Origin: Amoebophrya sp. A120
Lineage: Eukaryota > Protista > Dinoflagellata
Direction of reading: 5' to 3'
NCBI GenBank assembly: GCA_905178155.1
Contig: CAJINV010000013.1
Coordinates: 1,264,392-1,328,391, forward strand
DNA length: 64,000 nucleotides
Shown: positions 34,000-45,000 of the stretch, in pieces
Layout of the letters: each line of letters starts with the position of its first letter
Position numbering within the stretch: the stretch's first letter is position 1
Program-made: the position numbers and the translations under genes
The notes under the pieces: generated by a model
Told to the model about the DNA's origin: nothing
Databases searched by the model: none
Seen by the model: the letters and a program-made list of their open reading frames with translations, nothing else

Positions 34000-34859
34000 A
34001 GCCGGCTAGTATTGCAGGCAGAGTTTGAGTACCATTTTCGGGACTTTCGAAGAAAATAGCGAGCTATACGTGCTATATACTTCCACAGTATAAATACGGA
34101 GCAACTTGCTGGGCTAGTTTTCTAGTCGAAAGGGAATGCGTTTGCAAGTGTACGAGCTCTGGGGCCGCACCGTGCGGCTGAAACAAGCCTATCTCATGGA
34201 TGCGGAAATGTTGATCTTTCTTTAAAGTAAAATAGAGGGGGCTCGTTGCAGGAAGTATTTGAATACGCGATATTTTGTATGACCGACGCAGAGCAGAAGC
34301 TGCGCAAACAACGTCTACATCATCGATCAAAGTGCCGTTAGAGCTGCAGGTCGTGTTCTGTTTGTATCATATACGTTACATACGGTTGGGGTCCTGTGTC
34401 GATATCGATTGGGGAAACCCGCACGCGATGCGTTCTTCACAAAGCAAGTACATGATCTTCGTGCGCGCGATAGAAGAAAAAACTACTAGCATGCGCTTTC
34501 TCGGAGATGAACCGATGCCTTTCAAATGCGATGAAACAACTATACCGATAATGTGGCGTCAACAGGAAGGAGCCGATTCATGTTGGCCTGAAACCGCACA
34601 AAAACGAAGCCCGTTAGCGTATCCGACAATAGCGTACTGGTTTGTCTTAGTAGAAGCGGTGCCTCGCCCCCGTAAGGATAGAGGGAGCGTAGCACCGACG
34701 GGGGCACACTGTACCCGGAACCGAGTCTAGTTGCTCGCCGCAATAGGGCGTCTTCAAAAATCACTGGGAAATGGTGCAACTTAGCTTCCTCGTGGTCAAA
34801 GAAGACACAGAAGAAGCAGCCGCACGAAAGGAACACAGCTCGCAGAGAACCACGGTGAT

Positions 34860-36990
34860 GATCCGGCTTCGCGGATCGGGCCGGGCTTGGCCGCAAGGCC
34901 GAGGGGCGCTCTGGCGCGGGAGCGATCATGCTGCTGCCGGCCAACTCGTCGTCCCAGAAGCTTTATCTTTCAATCGGCGCAAAAAGCGCAAAACCCGGGC
35001 CGAAGCAGCCGGCGAGCCCATATTTGCGGTAGCGGTGGGCCGGAAAAGGGCACGGGTAGGCGACAACAATTCCCGGCCGGGTGCCCCAGCGGAGCGGCGT
35101 GCGTAAGAAGCTGCGGCTGAAGCGTGGCGCGGGGGAGGGGCACGCGCCGAGGGCCCGCGGCGCCGGGGCCCGGGAAATCTATGAAAGACGGAGGGCTCGA
35201 CGCACGCTTCCGCGGCTGTTCATCGCGGCCCATCCGGAAGCGCAACCGCGGGCGGCCTTGCACAAACGCGGGCGCGTGCGCCCACCATACCGGACGCGCC
35301 TGAGATGTGGATCGCGGCCCGGCAATCGGTGGCCCGCCGCGCTGGGACCCCGTGCGCAGATGGTGATCAAGCAGGGGCGCCCGCGTTGCCAGGCATCGTA
35401 AACCGCATGGCATCCCCTGCGCGGGCGCCGTCGGCGCGACCCACGATGCAGGGCTGACCCTTCCGGGGCTCTTAGGGGCTCATTTGGGCCATCGTTTCTT
35501 ATGCTTCCTCCATGTAGATCCTCTGAAGCCCAGGCCTCTTGATTTTCTGCCATTTTCGGAAATTGAAGGTATTTACATACTTCTAGAAGCCCCTGAGTCT
35601 TGTCGATTTGTATAATGTGGAATAACAAGGGCAAACTGTCTTTATTTTTTCTGTATTTGCTCCAGTTTTTCTCATATGTAATTAAACAACTTTGTCCAAA
35701 ATTTCTGAAAAATAAATTTTTTGAATTTTTTTTAGGAGTTTCAAAAAGATTGCTAAGCGTTGCACTTAGCAGACCAAAGGAATGGCAGTAAAGCTTCCGA
35801 TTTATATTATTTCGCAATAAAAAACCTTACATCGTCCAATATTTTCCATTCTGCCAATTTTTTCAAAATTATCCGATTTTCAAAATTCAGAGAGATTTAT
35901 ATGAAAAACTAGTAAAATGCAAGGTGGAATACAATACAAAAGACAACCGAGAGTATATAATATCAATAAATCTCAAAGCTACTGACTACAGATTGGACGT
36001 TCTGAATAATCGCAAAAATTCAAAAATTTTTAATTCCAAGCAATTCTCTAAGTTTTGCAATATTTACAGAGTTTCTATAGAAAGATGAAATGCATATGCA
36101 TAATTGTCAAGAGTGTGTGTCATTTTATGCATATTTGGCAAGAAATATCCATAGGAATTCGCACTGTGATTTTTTTCCATTTTTTGGGAATTTTAAAAAT
36201 TTTACAAATCATGGAATATTGCATGTATTTTATTGGTAATGTTGAAAGCAATCTATGTAATTATGCACACAGTTAGTTTCCTTTTGTATGGTGTCTTCTT
36301 AACTCCACAAAATTCCGAAAATTCTTTGAATCCAGACCCCCTAAGGCCATTGCTTACTCTTTTGGCTCTTGGGGGGAAGATGGGGGGGAGGGGGGGTAAG
36401 AAGGCCCACCCCTGACTTCTCTCAGGGTAAAAAGGCCCTTGGAAAGTGCTGATAGGGCGCGTTCTAGACCGTCGAAGACCCATGCTCACCACTGCCCAGG
36501 GCCGGCATCGCACCCCGATCCAGCAAGAGAGGTGAACGATGGGCAGAAGGCTTATCGGAGCTGCGCCCGATGGACTAAGCCTGTTCCAGCTTCCGCTAGG
36601 CTGCATGCGGGGCCCCGCCGTCCGGAACAACGAAACCGAGGTCCGTCTCCGACCGCGGTCGCGGCTTGTCTTTGGTTGCGGGCTAGCGTGCCCGCACCCG
36701 GTTCGCTGAAGCGCCGCGTCGCACCCTGTCCACGCACCGGCTTTACCGGCCAGAAACTTTGGAAGCTTCGCGAAGCGCACCGCTCGTCCTCACGTTCGTT
36801 GTTTACCATAGCGCTCGCTCGCTCGCCCTTGTGGGGCCCGTTTTAGTCCGGCTGCGGGGGCCGCGAGAGGCCGCGGTGCGGGAAATTTACCTCGAGCAGC
36901 TTCGCTCTGGCACCGCGCTCCCACCGGGGGGCCTATTTGCTTCCTCGCCGCCGTGGCGCCTCGACGCTGCCAAGCCCCGCGGCAGAGCGC
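34860..36990. promoter_or_regulatory. Divergent strand-switch region: AT-rich core (~35560-36330) between two GC-rich arms; putative bidirectional initiation region
   Basis: All upstream genes are minus-strand and all downstream genes plus-strand; sharp compositional steps are visible. Function is inferred. Confidence 0.5.
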
Positions 36991-37641
36991 ATTCTAAAAA
37001 ACTGCCGATCGGCAGCGCAATGCGTTTTAGTGCAACTTGAACAAGAGCAGCAAGTGTTCGCTGCCTCGATTATGAAATCACTTGTCCGACCCGAGAATCG
37101 TTTTCGTCTTTCTTGTCCGCAAAAGAGCGGATCCGTCGTGTTTTCATTTCTACTTTTCTCGTACATCGCCCCGTGCGGAAATTGTTTTGGATCCAGCGGC
37201 GTCCCGCTTGCCCAGGCGGCGTAGCTGGATGGGGCCCGAGTCGTCCACTCTTTCCTTTGTGCAATCGTTTCTCGCAAAAATTCAAAAAGAGCAGTTCGTC
37301 CCTGATCGTCCCCGTTTTCGTGTCGTTTGTCGCTTGTCGTTCTTTTAACGCCGCAAGATGGACGCCATTCCATTGTGGATCGGTGGCCACAAAGATAGTA
37401 CGTAGACAACGCCGCGCGAACTTTTCATCGCTCCCGAGGGGCGGTGGTGCTCCCGTTTTAGCAATCCATTTGTCGCGAGCTGCCGAAATAATTTTTACAC
37501 AGCTGCCATTCCCCCCAGAGACATTTGGTATTAGTTCACAGCATGGCTTTTCGCACGAGGCCTTCTATACTTTATTGATTTTATTAGCTTCTCCGCCTTC
37601 TTCATCTTCTCGTCCTCTTGCGCTTACCGCCAAAAGCCACG

Positions 37642-39126
37642 ATGTCCGGCGACGAAGCCGGGGCGGGCGAGAGCAAGACGATGCTCCTGCCGCAAACTTC
37701 TACGAGCGAGCCGAACGAGAAAGACAAAGCCGCGGCGTCCGCCCGGGCCCGGGAGCGGTGGTTCTACCTTCGCAAGAAGCACTGTCCGCGGCTGCACGAG
37801 CGGAAAACGCGGGGGAAGACGCTGGTGAAGGACCTGAAACTTCTAGTGCACTACGTGCTGGATGTCTACGAGTGCCCCGAGGCGGATTTGAAGCGGCTCG
37901 AGGCGGTCGCCAGCGCGGAGATCCAGAAGAACCTGGAAAAGCAAAACCTGGAGGACGAGCCGCTCGTGGTGGACGCCAACCTCCTCGCAAAGGACTTCTC
38001 CGACGCGCTGGCGAGCTTCGACCTGGAGCGGGCGAAGCGGTCGCTGCGCCGCAAGGGGGTGCAGGCGGTCGAGAAGAAGCCGTCGGAACTTCTGGCCGAA
38101 GCGAAGAAAAAGCTGGCGGAAGAGGGGATGGCCAGAGACGGACGCCAACAACTTAAGGAAGCCGCTACCAAGTCCACGTCGGAAATGACCTCGATTGAGG
38201 TCGTGATCCCCGCGGCCCAGACTGGTAATAGTAGTGGTCAACACCCGATCAACGGTTATAGCACAGAAACTCCCGGACTGGCCGCGGGAGATATCCGCAC
38301 GGCCGCCGCATCCGCATCCGGCGATCTGCAAAACCAGATGCAAATAACCTCGGCGAAGGCCCAACTCGCGCGGCAGTTGGAGTTGAAGAGGGACAGCAAG
38401 ATCTACGAAAAGTCCCAGCAGGCACACCAACTCGCGAGGAAGGCGCTCGACGAGGGCGAACATTTGTTGCCGCTGGTAAAAGAGCACTTGCAGAAGTGCT
38501 CGAAGTACACGCGGGAGTGCGGGCCCGAGGTCACGGACTTCTTGCTGAAAAAGGCCTGCAAACAGCTGGACAAGCACGGGCGGCCGGAGTTGCTGCCCAA
38601 CTTGCTGCAGAAGAAGGGATCGGAAATCCTGCCGGAGGAACTTACCAACGTGAAGCGCCAGGTGTAGGCCGCTGCGCTGCAGTTGCGCAACGTGGTGTTG
38701 CAAACGAAGAAGAGGCTGGAAAAATTTCGGATCAAGCTGGTGAAAATCAGCTCCATCATGTTCGTGCTGGGGAGTTTATTTACACAGTTGTACGACCGGT
38801 TTTTGAAAAAGGATCGCGCAACCGTTGACGATGACGGGGACTATATTGTGATCGAGTACGCGATTTTGTTCAATTTGCTGACGCAGATACCTATCGTGTT
38901 TCTCGGCCTCTATATCGCCGTGTTTGAGTTCGGAAAGGACATTGTCGCCGGCGTGCGGAAACTCGGCGCGGACTTGCGAGGGCTGTGTGTTACAGGGAAA
39001 GGAGTTGTAAACGCAGGGGAAGGTATTTCATCCGCAGCGGGAGGGGGGACGGGGAGTGGAGCAGTGGGTGGGCACGATCATGGTTCGAGCAGCAGCACGG
39101 CCATTGCGCCGTCGCCGAAGCACTGA
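37642..39126 (+). CDS. Hypothetical helical protein with two C-terminal TM-like segments; in-frame TAG at 38665
   Basis: ORFs 37618-38667 and 38683-39126 are in the same frame, separated by a single TAG, with similar GC3-rich codon usage. Confidence 0.65.
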
Positions 39127-39790
39127 GGCCGGTGGTCTGAAAGAAGTATTGGCGCGTCTTTTTTTTGGGCTGAATGTGAATCTGGGCGGCAGCACTAGCT
39201 TGCGTTGCGGCTGCTCGGTTTCATGTGATACCTATTGCAGCATTATCGTGCTTTTTTTTGGTTCGCCTAAGGACGTAATTTTGCTGGATAGTTCTTGTTT
39301 CGACGAACCAACCCACACCGTTTCAACAGTCAATCAGTCCCTGATCAGGCCCGGCTCGCCAAAATAGTGCAATATTCTCCAACAGGCCAAAGAAATCCTT
39401 TGGGAAAAATACGCTCGTCCGAAAATTTTTTGGAAGCCAAATTGCTGTTCCACTTGACTATCGATCTGGGTTGCTCCGAGAAGCCGGCGAATAGCTCTTT
39501 TTCCTTTTTTTTTTTTTTTGCAGAATGAAATACAAGAGGAAAAGAATCTAAGCGCTTGAGATGAAGTTAGCACAACACACTTTCACAATCGATGAACTCG
39601 GAGAGGCTATACTGTCGAAGAGCGAAAACTCGATTTTGAGAAACTAAAATCATGGGCGTAAGATAGCGGCGATCTTTTCCGGTGACTCGACGTGATTGCA
39701 GTTTGGAAAACCGCGCTGCGGGTAGACGAAGTACAGACCCGTTGAACAAGGTGAAATCCTGGCACGCAACTGACAATCAGCACCTACATC

Positions 39791-41367
39791 ATGTTCCCCA
39801 AAACGAAACCCTCCACCTCCAGCGCCCCCTCCAGCCAACAGCCCGAGCCGCGCGTTCTCCTGACCGGCGCCTATGGCTTTCTGGGGACGCACTGCGTGAA
39901 GAAGGCGATAGAAAGCGGGTTTCGCGTCCGGGGAACGGTGCGGAATTTCAGCTACGAGAAGCAGCTGCGGAAAGCACTGGGGATAGAACAAAACGACAAG
40001 AACGCGGACAAGTTAGAATTGATCAAACTCGACCTGGAGCAAAGCTCCCAGGAGGAATGGAGCGAGGCCATGAAAGGTTGCGACTACTGCCTTCACCTAG
40101 CGACGCCGGTGGTGACCACGTACGTTTCAAATCCAGACACGGTGTTGAAACCCGCGGTGCAGGGGACGGAGAAAGTCCTGCGGGCCTGCGCGAAAGCAAG
40201 GGTAGAAGAGATGAGATTTTGATACAGAAGCTATAACGCAACTAGAACTAGTTTTGCTCTACTTACTTAAACGGTAATTGCAGCATGACTTCATCTTTAT
40301 CAAAAATTGATCCAAGAGGCAACGTTTTTGTTGAAACGCATTTGCAATTCATCTTCAGGTCCGCCGCGTGATTTTCTGCAGCTCTACGTCGGCCATCAAC
40401 GCGGGCCACAGTTGGAACAAAACGCACTTCACAACGACTATCCAAAATGAAAATCTTTTGTCAATTATGATGGCAGCGCCCGTGTTTTGTAGAAGCAGCA
40501 TATCTTAGTGATTATGCAGAAACGACTAAGAGTATGACGTAGGTGCCGATCGCGGCTATTTTTCTGATACATGTCTGTTGCTCCACCCGGTTCTTGACAA
40601 CAAATTTTCATTCCATACCAAAAGACTGGAACGCCGAGAGCCCCAACGGGAACGAGGACAAGGTTTTTCTGTACGAAAAATCGAAGTCCCTGGCGGAGAA
40701 ACAGGCCTTCAAAGTCGCCGCCGAGCTCGACTTGGATCTCATTTCCATCCTTCCGGGCTCCATCTGGGGCCCGAACATCCTGCCCCGCCTCAGCCCCTGC
40801 GGGGAGGCCATCCAAAGGATTTGCAACCGGGAGGTGCCCATGATGCCGGTGCTGAGCTTCAACTGCGTGGACGTCCGCGACGTGGCAGATTTGATGATCC
40901 AGGGCTTGACCGTGAAGCTCAGTGACACGAGCAGTCCGAAAACCAAAAAGCAGCAACTCAACCGCCGGTTTCTCGCCGTGGCACCGGAGTCCATGGACAT
41001 GAAGGTGATTGCGAACATTTGCAAGGACGAACTCGGCCCCTATGGGTGGCGCCCGCTGACCACGTTTGGGCCGTACGCGATTTTCTGGCTGTCATCGTTC
41101 TTCCTCGAGCAGGCGGCGTTTATCCTGCCCAACATCGAAAGGGCGTACACGTATGACGTGGAAAACACGCTGGAAACGTTTTCGGGCTCGGGTTTCAAAA
41201 AGTTCCGGAGCGTTCGGCAAGCGGTCGCGGACATGGTGCACTCGATGCACGACATGAAGATGCTGGACCCGAGTCGGAAATCCATGCTCGTGGCCGCGGT
41301 GAAAATGGTTTGTGGGGACAACGAGTGCACAAGGTTTGTGTGTCCGAGTAGAGCGAATGGAGGATAG
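39791..41367 (+). CDS. Extended SDR / NAD-dependent epimerase-dehydratase (aldehyde reductase / DFR-like)
   Basis: VLLTGAYGFLG, VRGTVR, HLATP, CSSTSAI, YEKSK (YxxxK) and VDVRDVA motifs; GT-AG intron 40202-40358 plus introner 40439-40617. Confidence 0.9.
40439..40617. mobile_element. Introner, 179 bp, DR decayed (ACGAC/CCAAA)
   Basis: TIR TATCCAAAATGAAAATCTTTTGTCAA / TTGACAACAAATTTTCATTCCATA; removing 184 nt restores the SDR frame. Confidence 0.85.
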
Positions 41368-42098
41368 GTAAAAAAAGAACGTGGTCGTGTAGTGTGTTTG
41401 TTTTCGACCTTCAGACGGATTTCATGGCAATAGTACGGTGTAAGTATCTCACTGCGTAATTTGATCGCGCCGTAACAACTTCCGAGCTTGTTGTTCGGAG
41501 CAGTAGTTCTGCTGCTTCCCTTGTGTTCCCTCGGAGTGCGGACGGTTGTCACTTTTTCGTATGTAAGTGTTCGGAGCGGGCACTACAACTGCAACAGACA
41601 AAGGCACCGTGCTGCACGACCAGGGCCGCTCACATTTTTCTTTCTTTGGTTTCCGGCGGTTTAACCTCGTTCGCATCGCTCGACGGAACTTTGCGCAGTG
41701 AAAATCATTCTGAGACTACGTACAATTTTTGACTGTTTATGAGCGCGAGGCCGAGAGGAGCGACAGAGTGGGTTGCTTTCACCACAGGAAAAAATCAGCG
41801 CAAAGCTGGAAGTACATAAAAGAGGGAGTCTTCTGTGGAAAAATGCCAGCCTTCACAGATAGCTGACAGCGTCCAATGCAGCGAGGTAGCTGAAATATTC
41901 ACTGCTGGTAGTCGTGGGGTCAGTCGTTCTTTTCATTCTACTTTTTCACGTTTCCACAAGTTTAGAATGATGCGACGCTTGTAACGATTGAAGTGTCTAC
42001 TAGGTCTTCTGTTGCAGTCCACTGGTAACTGCTATACAAAAAAGTGCAAGCGGGGAAGCCTTCGGCCGGAGCAGACCACGCATCGCCAGGACATCAAA

Positions 42099-45000
42099 AT
42101 GAGCGATAATCAAAGTCGAGCGATCTCGCCACCGCTAGTGCCGCGTTTCTACGCCCGGTGCCCCGAGCAGTCGGATCGAAAAGAGGTACCTACGACGAAC
42201 TGTTGAAGCTTATGCGTTTTTCGTCATGCAGAATTCAGACAACTTCAACTCACAATGCATGTACGCATCACAAGTACTTCTTTACTTCAGGCCGCGCACT
42301 TCGATATCGGCAGCCCAGACGGGACACCCATGAACGACGACCTGCTGATGCAAAGTATGGCTTACCAGAATGGAACTTCACATATGCTGCGTTTGACATG
42401 CTGTTTTGCTATCGCCACAAGAAAATGAGAAGGCACGACAACAGATCACTCTTTGACTCAAAGGCGGAAGTTCAGACTGTCGAGCGTTTCAGTTTCTAAG
42501 AAAGGAAAAGCTCCCGGGGGCATGATGAATTTCGCCAGGCCCTGAGAGATAGCAAAGCGGCTTGGAAAAATTGCGGGGGCAGTTTTCATTCCCATAAAGG
42601 ACCGTACGGCGACATGTTGTTGGAGCAAAAGGAACCAGAAGGCACTAAGTATTGAGCGTTATCTGTGATTCAAAATACGTAGTAGCACGTAGCTACGTAA
42701 GAGCAAGCAGAATACGAATATCATTTTTCACACGGAATGCAGATGGCTCAATGTACTTTCGCTGCCTTCGTGCGTAGAATCAAACCAAACATGAAATATT
42801 CACAGGGCCACTGCGCAGCATGCCGCTTCGCTGCCACCAGCAACTGCCGGCACTTCCTCTTCAAGTTCGACCTTTCTCAACCGGATTCCAAGCCCGCTGA
42901 AAAAACGACGGTCGGTCGTGGCAGAGGAATCCACGACGCATACCTCATCGCCAGTGAAGGCAGCAAGCGGAACGACGAGCAGGAGCGCAAATCACGTGCA
43001 GAGCGGGAACGTATCTGCACAAGGAGCCACCGCCGTTTTCACCGTCTACCCCCCGAGATTTCCAACCGCCGAAGAAGAAGAGAACTACCTGCGGGACGAG
43101 TTACTGGACGGGTTTTCGGCGAAAGACGAGGAAGACGGTTCTCATGCGGTAAGAGAAGAAGGCGACTACGACGGTCAGGACTCGGAGGGCATCTTTGTCG
43201 ACGAGGAACTGTTGGTGTTGCCGGTGCACCACGGGCATGTGGACGAGAATTCGCGTGGGTCAACATCAAAGCCACGAGTGCAGCCCAGTCTCCTGCCCGC
43301 TGCCGCGGTTGAGGACCGCGAAATTTCCGAGGATCCAGCGATTATCTACTTCGACGGAGAACTCGGAAATAATAGCGCGGAATTCCAAACGCAAACTGCC
43401 ATGGTCGACCTCATCGGACAGTCTTCTGTTGGCGTATGGAATAGAACGTAGGGTGAGTCAGCTGAACATCGTTTTGTTATGCGGAGGCTGCGTAGTTTCC
43501 TGCCCCTCCGGTCATTGATCTGTTTCAGAATTAGCAGGCTTTCCTATTAGCAGGCTTTCTTTCATCACCCTCGGAATTATCGTTAGGAATTTTTGAATTT
43601 AGCATGTCCCTCTCAACACCGCATGAAAAATGTCAGCTTGACTCAGATTTTCCAAAGGATATCCTGCGGGTTTGGAGCTGTCACGGATCACTGAGGAGCA
43701 GGCTACGAATCGGAGTAGTGATGATTTGTTTTTGATGTTGTTTGAACTCAGTCTCACCCATTAGCAGTATTTTTGTCATGCGCCAATATTAGAATACGAT
43801 CTCCTTTCCTCTACCACAACAGGCGACCTGCTTCCGGAAGACGGATCACAAACCGGCGAAGAATCCGTGTCCATCCCGGAAGTCGGCGCTGAGGTGCTGC
43901 CGCAGATGTTTCGGGAACTGGTAGAGCAGGATCGACAGGAGGACTTGAGCAAAATCGTGTCGCATGTTATGTCACTCTGCGGAGAGGGAGAGGAGGAAAA
44001 GTTAAAGTATTTTAGCATTATCTGTTTCATTCACGGACGTTGCTTCTGATAGAATAGTATGACGCGTCTTTATTTGCATGTCAGAAGGGGTGAAGAAAAA
44101 CATTCAAGTCAGACAAAAATTTAAATTATCATCGCAGCTCTGCTGCCGCAAGTACCAGCGACGAGCCAGAAAGCATGTGCCTCACCCCGACGCTACCAAT
44201 AGCTGCACCTCCAGAAAAAGAAGCGCCTCCGTTCGACAGTTCTGCGGCAACTAAGAGCATTCCCGACGACATCGGTTCGTCCTCTTACGCCGTCGAGGGC
44301 CAGCATCAGCAGTTGCTCGAAACGAGCGAAAACAACACGTCCTTCAACAGCGCAACTACTCCCGCAGCTCTTGTTCCAACTTCCCTTCCGAACCTGAAGC
44401 CTTGCGAGTCGCTGGAGGATCTCACCACGGGCCCGAGCTCGGTGCGGCGGCAGTGCTCCCGCGTGGATTCGTTGACGCAGATTTTGGAGAAACACATGTA
44501 CAAGGACGAAATCGTGCAGCAAAACTGTTTCCGGGAGGATCTCCACCGCTTCAAATTCGACCTGAGCGTGGACCTGACAAATGTGGAGCGGGAGGCGGAG
44601 AGTGTGTTGCTTAACAAGTCGGTGGAGGAACAAAACGGGGACGACAAACTGGGCGAAGCGTTGGAACGGCTGGCGAAGAGGAGACAGGAGATGCAGTAGA
44701 ATTTCATCTGTTCGATAGGTTTTCAGTATGTGTGCATGTTGCTTGTTCGACACGTTTCAAATCAATGTGACTGCATGCTGTTGCTGACTTCGGCTACAAG
44801 GAAATGCAAATATGCAAAAATTATGAAATTTCAATGATCCCCCAGGTCCCGTCGCGAGCCTGCAGCCGCCCGTTTCGCCGATCTGAAGCAGTCCACTGTG
44901 GTGCACACCACCACTGCCTCCCAGCCGCCCTACCGGCAAGGGCACGACCCAACGGTCTATCAAGCAGAGCAATCTGTGGTCTCGATGCCGCGGCGGCCGG

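Noticed and set aside
36340-36372. Dinoflagellate spliced-leader relic (TTTTGGCTC)
   Set aside because: Only a 9-nt match to CCGTAGCCATTTTGGCTCAAG and not next to a gene start.
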